A DNA stretch of 64,000 nt from Gordius albopunctatus (lineage: Eukaryota). The notes beneath the pieces are model-generated. The model was not told the DNA's origin. It saw only the letters and a list, made by a program, of their open reading frames with translations, and ran no database searches. The stretch lies in NCBI GenBank assembly GCA_964276515.1, contig OZ193910.1, positions 744,001-808,000 on the forward strand. Reading direction: 5' to 3'. Made by a program: the position numbers and the translations under genes. How positions within the stretch are numbered: position 1 is the stretch's first letter; every line of letters begins with the position of its first letter. This document shows positions 13,190 to 24,100 of the stretch, piece after piece.

Positions 13190-16100
13190 GACAATTTTAA
13201 AATGGAAAATGCACAGAGAAACTTTATGTTGCTAAATTAAGGATGTGAAGGGGTGGTCGAGGGTTGGCTCAAATGAAAATAATGACAGCGGTGCCGAGCT
13301 ATACTCTAAAGCTTAGTTTGTTATACAAATAAATTAATATAAACATAATATCTATCATCACAATGTACACAAACAACACCTAAGAAGGCTTCCCAGTAGG
13401 CGAAGAGGGACAACACCCGTGTGTTATTAAATAAGAAGAGGATGAATATGAGCGTGGTGATAGTGTGGTGATTATGTCAAAGAAGGTAATCAAATATTCA
13501 ATAAATAAATAATATGCTTAAGGGGGGGGGGGAGAGCACAGCGTTGAAGAACAAGATCAAGAGAAATAATTGGCCACGACACTCAATCAAAGAAAGCTGA
13601 GCAGGTAAAAGACAAATGTGACCACAAAAGAAACATCGTATGTCCATGGTTGTTATTATGGTAGGTTGGGGCAGTGTTGTGTGTGTGTGAAAGATTATTA
13701 AATATTAAACCCCTTTTTTAATATTGCTTCATAATGACAATACTGTTGTAGCATGTCCGTCCATGGCAAAGATAAAAGGATATGATGAAGTGAGAAAAGT
13801 TAATTAGCTTCTCTGAAAGACTAGTTTTGCGACAAAAGAGTTTTCTTGTCTTACCATTTCTTTAATAAGTCGTCACACTCCTGTTACGTCAATCACACTT
13901 TGCTGTCTGTTAAGTTAATATGCACACACCAAATCATAAAGATTTGCGTGTTCATATAAAATATAATTTTATTGAGCTCGAGACATTTTGGTGACAAGAT
14001 ACAACATTATGGATAATTTTTGAATCCGTTTCCCCGATGTTAGAAAAAATTATTTTGTGTTTTAGGGTTATTGAAAAATTACAAAATGCTAAAATTGCAG
14101 AGTAAAAAACATTATGAATCGGATATTACTAGACGAAATATTTTGTTTTTTATATGGGTCATGAAAAATAATTTAAAAATACAACTTTTCATTTTATTTG
14201 GAGTTTAAAGGGGCGCAAATATAATCTTTTTTTTTAATTATTGAAAATATAAGCCTTTTTCAAGGGTTAGCATGTCTCAGTGATAATATGAGAAAATACA
14301 ATAAACGTCAGGTAAAAGACGAAGTAGTTGTTTTGGTTAGAAATTATGTTTCATATATAGACAGTAAACGTTTCTTTGGCCACAATTAGACCAAATGTTC
14401 ATAGGTTTAGCTAGGGTTGGAACTAGAGAGGGGGGGGGGGAGAAACAATGACTTATTTGAAATTTTACTCATAATAATACATTCTAAATAATTTGTATAG
14501 ATAATGAGAAGGGGCAGTCCCCCCTGCCTCGCACTGGCTAGGCTCTTGCAAAGGCTTTATAAAATGTAATGAATTATTGATCAAAGTGACACTAACTTTA
14601 TTTCTAATTAGAATGTTTGTAAATATTATAGTTTTTTTGCCCGTATAAACATAGTTTATGTGACTTAACTAGACGAATAGGTGTTTTCCTGCTCACTACT
14701 CCGCAGTAATTAATTTCCATCACCTGTCTATAAGAAAACATTGTGCGGGTAAAGGTGGATTATAGACTTGAACAATGACTTTCACTTTCATCATTCTCCT
14801 AATGGACTACTTAAGTAAAAGGACTCATTTAGTCTGTTTGTCACATTGTGTATAGCAAACACTTTAAGAGACTTTTTATTAGCTAGTATCCCGTCTTTCA
14901 TCACCTGACCTTCACACTTGCCCATACATACCCTTTACTGGTGTTCTTAGTTGTATACCCACCCACCCAGTGACTGGCATCATTTAGCAACACTCAAGAA
15001 GAGCCACTTGATCTTATGATATAAATTTAGAGATAAGAAGCATCAAACACGAACGTTTCACATAAAATTAGCTTATAACCTGGCTTAGTCATTAGCTTTA
15101 AACATTTTGGTCTATGTCATAGAAACATAAATGTAGGTAGCTCCACTTTAAAGGGGGTTACATGCTCGAAAATCGGTGAGTGCTTGCTGCCTGTTCTATG
15201 GGTAAGTTTAGTAAGACAAATAACTTATTCGGAGCGGGGTTAAAAATTGTTATTAAGCTAAAAATGCAATATTGTAAAAGATTCCGGATTGCCTCTTGGG
15301 GTGCGACGTTTTCAAAATATGATAAATATCACTATTAAATATCTTTTTATTTAGATTGTATACATGAGTCGCGTTGGGAGGAGAGACCATAGATGAAGGG
15401 GTTAGACGAACAAAAGAGCATTAATTATATCTTTAGTAATATTATGTATGTAAGGATTAATAGTTAATTTTTGATTTAATATCGATATTGGGTTTTCCTT
15501 CCAGGGCCGCGATTTGCATAGAGCTCTTTTCGTACGCCAGTCAGAGCCATTGTTTGAACTAGAGATATGCATAAGACTTTTAGGCTTAATCGGCCCACTA
15601 TTACAAAAAATTTGAAAACCGGTCTTGGCTCAAACCCGTTAAGAATCAATTATTTCTCAAACTCGGTCCACCAATTTTTTGAAAGCAAGAGGCCAGCCTG
15701 ACCCCTTCCCAATAATATACGCTTTTATTTTGCTGCTTTTTAAATACAAATTATTTGTTAATATTATAATAATTATCTACTTATAGATTACAATGTTAAA
15801 AAAATCATCAGTCTCAAACGGGTTTCTATTTCTTTCAGCAAGCGAACCCTCGTTTAACTTTTCCTATAGCACGTGTAACAGGATAAAGCCATTTATGTCA
15901 AATATAATTGGAGCCTCTATGCAAGCTTTATTTCATTTAAAAATTACCCAGTTTTATTAATTTACAACTTTTTAAAAAAATAAATCATTCGAAATTCACT
16001 TATCAAAAAGCAAAGTTCTATGGATAAATGACATAGTAATGTTAGTTAGATTATTAATGTTTAAATTAAATATTTATAAAATTTGTAAGCATCTTAAAAA

Positions 16101-17041
16101 ACCCTCAATTTCTTACGAATTAAAATATAAAATTATTGAATTATGACCGAAGTTAAGCCTACTCATAGTTTGGCCCAGCCGAACCCGTTTGGTTAGCTTA
16201 AAGCCCATCCTAGCCCGGCCCGTAATTTTATAATTTTAACTTTACGGATTTCGATTACAATTAATATAAAAGTAGACTCTTAAAATTCTTGGTTGAATTT
16301 GATCATCAATCCTTCCTGTAGAATTAGCACACACAGTTTTTGAAGAAAAGGGATTTTATAGTAAATTCAAAAATGAAGCAATGCAAAACGCTTTGTAAAA
16401 TTATCATTTACTTTGAGTATTCTTTATTTTATCTATTATAACATCCGTAATTTTTAAAAAACAGGATATTTAAAGTTAGTTTAAATAACCATGTTAAACC
16501 CTTAAAGAATTAAATTGTTAATTACCTTTATTATACTAAAGTTTGGTTTATATGGGCATCTTCCTCTTCTATTTTAAAAGTTGAGATAGTTTGTTAAAGA
16601 AATACTTAATTTTTTTTCACGCCCTAGGGACGGAAACTTTTTGTATAAATAGTTTTAAAATTGGTAATTTTCATTTTAAATTTGATATTAAATTAATTAG
16701 GGTAATATTTTTATAAGCGCAACACTCACTGACAAGAGTATATTAATATAATAATTGAAATTACATTCACGCTCGCCCTTGAGCCTGGGCCGGAGGAGTA
16801 CATGGGAAAAAGGCTTAAATTTTACACAAGTTTGCAAAATATTATGCTTTTTTAGGCTTCGATTATGTAGGATCTTACTTTGGAGCAGATAGTAAATAGA
16901 AAAAGAAAGAATTCATTTTGGGTGCTCAGCTTGTTTCAACTCAATAAGTTGGGCAAACATATATAGAGATTAAAATTATAATCGATTCGGGAAAGAGGAA
17001 AGCAACATAAGAATATGGTCGATGGAGATGATGCTTCTTAG

Positions 17042-17243
17042 TAGAGTTGTTAAATTGCTAACTTTCTTCAAACTCCAGACGCGAGCACGCACACTGAGTT
17101 GCTTAATATGCGCGTTAGCACAATATGTGCTCGCTTTTGGTACACTAGGCATAGCAGTAGCATATAAAAATGCTCGAGGGCCAAGCAGAAACTCGAGCAG
17201 ATGGTAGATGGAGTTGAAGAAAGTTAGCAATATAACAACTCTA
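17042..17243. mobile_element. hAT-type MITE family F, copy 1
   Basis: ~35-bp TIRs TAGAGTTGTTAAATTGCTAACTTTCTTCAA...; perfect 8-bp TSD CTTCTTAG; near-identical to 47533-47735. Confidence 0.92.
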
Positions 17244-17451
17244 CTTCTTAGCGCATGTTACAGGGAAGTAATAAGGAATAGCCAGGGCGTAACCAAGGAG
17301 AAGGGCAGGGAGGGGCGGCTGCCCCCCTCTCTTAATTCAAAAATTTGTTGAAATTAATTAAAATCATGTCTAAAGTTTGAAAAAATGATCATTTTGCCCC
17401 TCCCTAAATCATTATTGCCCCTCTCTAATCCCAGTGCTGGCTACGCCCGTG

Positions 17452-17712
17452 TTTATATGTCATCTAGATCAATTTTTAAATTAGATAATAATTTGGCTTT
17501 AAATGTATCCCTCTCTTTTTTAGCTTCAATTTCGTTGAGATGTGACGAGAAAATGAACCATGGTCTATGGCATACTGATGAGCTCCACCAATAAGAGCGA
17601 AAATGATGTCATATGTTTGCCATTATTTTCGAGTCACAGGCTAAAAAAGATAGGGATACATTTAAAGCCAAATGAATCTCCCATTTAAAAATTGCTCTAG
17701 ATGGCGTATAAA
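17452..17712. mobile_element. Foldback MITE with ~75-bp inverted arms
   Basis: TTTATATGTCATCTAGATCAATTTTTAAAT...TTTGGCTTTAAATGTATCCCT is mirrored by AGGGATACATTTAAAGCCAAA...ATTTAAAAATTGCTCTAGATGGCGTATAAA. Confidence 0.75.
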
Positions 17713-17976
17713 TAGTGGTATTATTATTTAATTCGCAGTCACCATTCGTAGCAAAGCCGTTCCCTTCTTTATAAAAATGATGTGTAAATTATGAAATGCA
17801 GGAGTTTTAGTAATAAAGGAATGAAAAACAGAACGATGACAAGTATACATCAATAAAATCTCATTTTCCCATTTGATTTCATCAGATGATAACATCACAT
17901 TCATAAGCTTTCAATTAATTCTTATTTCTTTTATTACGTGACTTTCTTTAACTTCAATGTATAAATAAGATTAACG

Positions 17977-18282
17977 ATGAATAAGATAGATTCTATGAAT
18001 ACACCCATTCCTGTCAAAATACGGAAAGAGGACATATCATCAAGTTTAAAAACGTTCATAATATCTCAAACCAAGCGTTTAATAGCCAACAAGACGAAGG
18101 GAAGAGACATAGTAAAAATTTTGAAAAAGGAGTTGCAATTGATTCACGAACCATATTGGCATTGTATAATGGGCAACAAATTCGCCACTTACATCAGTTA
18201 CGAGAAAGGATGTATGATTTGGTTCACGATCGTAAATGTTGATGTTTTGGTTTTCAAATCGTTTTATTATATCAAAAATTAA
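17977..18282 (+). CDS. Divergent dynein light chain, LC8/DYNLL-type fold (101 aa, intronless)
   Basis: DIVKILKKEL...PYWHCIMGNKFATYISYEKGCMIWFTIVNVDVLVFKS matches the LC8 pattern DIAxxIKKEFD...PTWHCIVGRNFGSYVTHE...FIYFYLGQVAILLFKS, at low identity. Confidence 0.85.
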   Translation: MNKIDSMNTPIPVKIRKEDISSSLKTFIISQTKRLIANKTKGRDIVKILKKELQLIHEPYWHCIMGNKFATYISYEKGCMIWFTIVNVDVLVFKSFYYIKN

Positions 18283-18328
18283 TGAATACAATAATATTTC
18301 TTAGCGTAGAGTAAACAAAGTGTATATA

Positions 18329-21165
18329 TTATTTTTTCTTATCATCCAAACTACTCTTATCAACTTTCTTCAATCGCGACATTCTCTCATTTATAGGTAC
18401 GTCTCGATCACTTTCGGTCTTCGACGCTGTTTGTTTGGTTAAGCTTAACTTTACTTTTTTATCCTCTGCTTTGACCGTTTTTAAGACTTCCTTAGCCTCT
18501 TTCTCCGTTTTTTGTATCGCATCCAAGTTTTCAGCATGTTTTCTATTTAATCGTTTATCAATCTGCTCTATTTCAGCCAAACTTCTTACCTGTTCTTTAC
18601 TCTTACTCAAATCTTTATCTTTTACCTCCACTAATTTTATAGATTTGCGTGGCCGTTTGAAGCCCTCGTTACTCGCCATTGCACCTATTAAAAAATAGGT
18701 AAAAATTGCAAAGTGTATATTTTTTCCCTAAAATTTTAAATAATATTTGTCATCTTAATATTTATAAAAATATAACTTTCGCCAGTTAAAGCAGGTAAAT
18801 CCAAATTTTCAGCTGAGGCGCCGTCTTTATCTTTCACCTCGCGGTCCGAATCTGACGTCAAAACCGATGTCCGACTCAATGATTTAGGAATTTTACCATC
18901 ATTTGGCAAATTCATTACAGAAGATTTTTTTCGGGCGAACGAAACTGACATTTTGGTACCCGAGGTCGATCTAGATGAGCCGGTAGCACCTTCTTGACTG
19001 TGTGACGAGCTAAGTTGACCACTTGATCTAATTCGACTTGTAAGACTAACGGAATCTAGGACCCCGGGATGCAAAGCGTGATAGGTAATGGCATTTAGGA
19101 CTAATGCTTTACATTCTTGTCCTTCAAATATGTGTGGATTGGGTAGGGTAACTTTCAATATGTCGCTTGGCGGTATGGAATTAAAACGCACACATTGATT
19201 GATAAGTTTAGGCGCCAGAGGTAAACGTGATCCGGGATCGGCATTTATCCAATCAACTAAAGCCTTTAACACGTTATACTCGGACTCTACCTTTAACTCG
19301 GAGTGCGTGAGATATTTGAGTATGAGTTCAGCGCTGAGACTTTTGAACTCTTCTTTAGACGCCAGCACCTCAAATTTTTGAGTCAAAAGTCGTGCCATTC
19401 TTGCTTCGAGAGACAACGATTTTATATCTTGGAATGATTGGGACACTTTTAAAACATCTTCGGGCTCAAGGTATACTTCGGCGAAGTGTTTACACATCTC
19501 TATTAATGATGGAATACCAAGAGTCAATGCGCACTTTAAAACATTTTGCACATTTGATGTTGTGAGTATAATGCGAGCTGTGTAAAGATAATATAAACTC
19601 TCTAAAATGGCTTTAGGAGGTAAATTGGTTAATATTAATGTCTTTGGATCATCCTGATTGACAAGAGTATCGTAATTTTTACAGAAAAGTTTCAAGATTA
19701 GAGAATGAACAGGGAATCGATGGTAATTCATTTTTATAACGGAATCACAACATCTATTCTCCATCCAAAGTTTGAAAAGATGAGCTAAAAATTCACCACC
19801 TCTATCGACGGGTCTAGGTATTTGTGGTTTGGTACGCTCCTTGCCTTCTGCAGCACCAATCTCTTCGTAAAAATGACCCCACAAGTATTCAGCGGCTGTG
19901 GCCTTAGTTTGTCCTGCCGCTTTTTCACTCTTTTTAGGTAAAAGCTCACCCAAATCTTTTACTCCGAATTGGAGCAATTGGTCCTTGTACAGTTCGAGGT
20001 GTTGCGCAAAACCTTGCATGATTTTTGGGTTGGGAATGAGATACTTTATAACGGCAGATAAGGGTAGAAATAAAACACGAACCGATTCGGAACCCACTAA
20101 TGCATTAGTGTACCTACAAATTGGTGATATGGGAGTTATTTGTGATTGGGAATGATAACATTCTGTTTCACCGAAAAATTCTTCTGGCCCTAAAGAAGCG
20201 ACTAACAATGATACTTTGGCCTCATTCAGATTGTCAGAAGTCGAGCCATCAACTTTGTCATAAATTAAATCGACAACACCTTCTTCAATAAAATACATGC
20301 CATCAGGATCGTCACCTTGTCTGTAAATATATTGATTCCTACCATATGACCTAGGCTTTATAATGTCCATAACGTTTTCTTGTGAGTCGTAATCCAACAA
20401 GGTAAACCATGGAAATTTTTCCTTCAAAATTCGATAGATGTCTTCTTTTTCATAAGGTCCATAAGCCGACTCGGGTCCGACGTCTCTCAACTTAAGATTT
20501 TTAATTTGTTCGGGCGGCTCAATTTTAGCCAAGTGATCAAATGGCTCAACGTACTTCGTAATTGCATCATGATCTTTGTGTGGTCTAAGTCCAATCTTTA
20601 CATAATTCCCATCAATTGTCCTAATGGTAACTTCAATAGCCGGTAAGGGCGGAGGAGTAGGTATTGGTGATGGCGATCTTCGTTTCATCTTTATTCCGCT
20701 ATCTTGTCGACCTAATTTACTGGGCCGATTCGGTTTGACTTTTGATCCAGAACCTGAGGTCGTCGACAATCTGTTTGCTGAAGATGGCGTTGGACCTTCA
20801 GATGAACTACTTCGTCTGCCAGACCTTCTTCCTCCACCACGAGTATACGAACGACGTGTGGTAGTAGTCAATCGTGCGAATTCGTTAGAAACAGGACTTG
20901 TGGAAGATGATCGTTTGGCGCTGTTTCGTTGACTATCACTACTTTCGTATGTGTTGTTACCATGCTTTATCCTGGAATCTTCTTCGAGACTTAAATCTTC
21001 TTCTATATCTAGAGGAGCTACAAAATGAGCCCACAAAAAATCTTGAGCACTTTGGGCTGACGATTGTTTTAGAACGTGCTTTTTTTCTTTTATGTCGCCA
21101 ATTTTTTCAGCTTCACGGCGATTTAACTCTTTATCAGAAGCTGATTTTGTTAGTGCGTCGCTCAT
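18329..21165 (-). CDS. Protein with a cyclic-nucleotide-binding domain plus BTB and BACK domains, S/R-rich N-terminus and charged C-terminus (~914 aa)
   Basis: Exon 1 is 21165-18777 and exon 2 is 18684-18329 (92-bp phase-1 intron; the donor A|gttata is weak and inferred). cNMP domain: YIYRQGDDPDGMYFIEEGVV...LGPEEFFGE...R. BTB: CCDSVIKMNYHRFPVHSLIL...LYYLYTARIILTTSNVQNVLKCALTLGIPSLIEMC. BACK: EEFKSLSAELILKYLTHSELKVESEYNVLKALVDWINAD...R...CVRF. Confidence 0.85.
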
Positions 21166-24100
21166 ATATCCAATTAGTTTAACATGCTTATATTAAACAT
21201 ATCTTTAAAAATGCATTCTAGAACTTCATGTCTAGAATCAAATTCTTATTATTTTTAGATGTGGTTGGTACATAAAAGCACCTTTAAGACAGAAAAATTG
21301 TCCATCCATTTTTTATTTTCAATTTTTAAGCTTCCATGCCTGAAATAGTTTAAATTTGTTATTTAACGTGTTGAAATCCTAATATTTTTAAATCATAGAA
21401 ATAGCGATACCAATTACAAAAGTAATTCGCGGTTGTGGTTTATTAACGTCAAAATAATTATGTTTCACTTGATTCCAGTATTGTATTCTTCTTTATAATG
21501 TACGTTACAATTTTTCTTAATTGAACAAATTTGTCCCTTAATTGAAATCACTGATTTTATTACTAGGGCACTGTGAGATTTCTAAGTTTCTTTCGTATTT
21601 CACAAAAATGAGCCGATTTTTCATAAACAATCAATTATTTAAGATGTTATATTGCATATAAAAATTTAATCATGATACGGTTTTTATATAAAAAATCTCC
21701 CTTTATAAGATAAAAGTTATGCAAAATAAATTTTTTTTGTAAAGGCTACTAATAGCCCCAAAAGATCGTTTTTCCTCAATAAAAATTTTAAATTTAATTT
21801 TTTCTTAACAAAAATCTTTTTAATTATGTCTTATAGAAATATACACATATAGTTTAAATTTTGATTTAATATGATTATTATTTTAAAAAATAATTAGAAA
21901 GATAACAATAACCCCGGGCTACGACTAGCCCCGGTCTCCCCTACTCGGTTGCGAACAAATAAATGGAATAAAATCGATGTAAACTTTTGTTCGGCTTAAA
22001 TGGTAGTCTTGTCTAGGCCTATAGAGGAGACTTCCGGAATCATAGGAAGAACCAATGGCTGAAATAAGGGCGAAAGAAAAAAAGAGTAGTCAAGTAAATA
22101 AGCAGCAAAATCGTAAACAAGGTCTCTTTTAATTCTTTAAGATCTACTCCGTCTTACTAGGCCTAAGGTTACTGGGATGAATGAAGGCTGGCAGAGTCCT
22201 GAACAAATAATAGCTTTAGGTCAGGTAGGGGAAAAATGACTTTCTAACACTAATAAAATTACAGAAGCAAAGAATATGTAAGCGGTACGGTAGATTAAAA
22301 AAGAATATGAACAAGCGAGTTCAAAAGATTTGCGCAAAAGAGCAACTAAGCAGTACCCAAAAACTTATAAAGTTTAACATCGGGTCATGGGGTTTTATAG
22401 ATTATACTTAGTTTGTTTGACGCGAGTTCAGGTAATTTGTAAGATATTCTCTGATAGGTTTTGGTAAAACTATACTGTATGTTTCTGACGATATTTTGAG
22501 GCATAGATATTTATAGAGGTTAAAATTTTGTTATGATTTTTTTTCCATATATTTTCTTACATTCGTCTTTGACAATATCAACGTCCAATTAGGCTATTTT
22601 AAGCTTCATCATATAAGACTAGTATAGAGCTTCGGGGTGACACTAATCTTAGAGAGTTTAATACGAAAAATGTAAAAAAGAAAGGGTATTATTTTTCCCT
22701 TTAATGGCAACAGCGCTGGTCTCCAATTTTTAATACAGTGGTGGAAGGAGGGAGACGGCTTTAATTGGTGATTTAAGTGACGTCGGCCTCTGACTACGTC
22801 TAACGCTAAATGGGCCATTTATTTCTCTTTATTCCTAACAGACGCGAAGAAAAGACGTAGGGAGGGGGGGGGGGTAGATAGGGGATGACTATACACATAA
22901 TATGTAGAAGAAAGGGTGACAAGTTATCAATTTAATTCGTGTCTCAAGGGATTCGTGGTAGGTGGGCCGATTTAATGGAAAATATTTGGGTTCTAAAATA
23001 AATATGTTGTTTTCAAACCAGTTTTCTTATCATCAGCCCATTTAATTCCTTTAAATATTTACTCTCAAAATTTTGAGAGAAAAAAGGTTCACATTAAATA
23101 CTATAAGCACCTAGATTTTTTTTATAATATTGACATTTTAAGCCGCAGATTTAGAAAGAATTGTATAAATAAATTATTTAAATTTTTTAATGAATTTATA
23201 GGAAAAAATAATTAAACAACAGAATACATGTCCCATTCAAGGCCAATTTCTCCTGAAACCAAACCACCAAACAATCTATATAAATAAAATATTATATATT
23301 AAGATTAAATATAAACACATGAATAATCAACTAAATTGAATTTTGCTAATGATAAAAGTTGTAAAATCTAGAAATCTATTCTATAGTATAGTCCTTATGC
23401 AGATTTTATGACCAAGTTAAGATAAATATCTAAAAAAACCTTTTAGCATCATAAAATGACTGATTTTATAATAGCTTTTTAGAGTAATTAGTTTTAATAA
23501 TGTGTTTTAACTATGACTATAAAACATAGAACTAGGAATTAATAATAAGCATAGATAAGTATCCCTTTTTAAGGTACATCAAATATCCCTTTCAACAACT
23601 ATTAACCTGTACAATTCAATTAGGTTTGACGCCTATTAATGAATTTATATGAACATATATAAGCCAAGCATGTTCAAATTTTGAGGCAACACAATTACAT
23701 ATGCAAAGAGACGCGTTTTTAAATTTTATTTAATATAAATATATGAAAGTCACAAAATTGTTTATAGGGCTGTTGCCATTTTTAAAAGCAAAAAATTTAG
23801 TATGGCAAATATTTGAAAGTTTTCAAAGGTAAAACTTAGACTTAATTTTTTTTTTGAAATATAATTTTTTATATAACACAATAATTCTAAGAAGGTATAT
23901 AAGTTGATTATACATTACTATAAATATCAGGAAAACATTCATATATCGCGATTGAATTGTATTTACAAATGGTAATTGCAATTTTCTGCCTAATAAAAAA
24001 TGCTTCACGTTTGTCGCTGGAAAACGTGGAAAGATGTTTTCCCACTTTTTTTGATAAGGTTGAGGGCTTGAGGGCCAAATGTTGTTATATTAATTCAATG

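Noticed and set aside
15560..16282. Another TAGAG-ended hAT element with GGCCC motifs
   Set aside because: The left end and subterminal motifs are suggestive, but the right TIR and TSD could not be established.
16976..17594. ORFs of 61-84 aa
   Set aside because: They lie within MITEs that have TIRs/TSDs and a second copy elsewhere.
22000..22520. Possible CR1/L2-type LINE 3' remnant on the minus strand
   Set aside because: Only vague motif resemblance; no convincing RT motif could be read.
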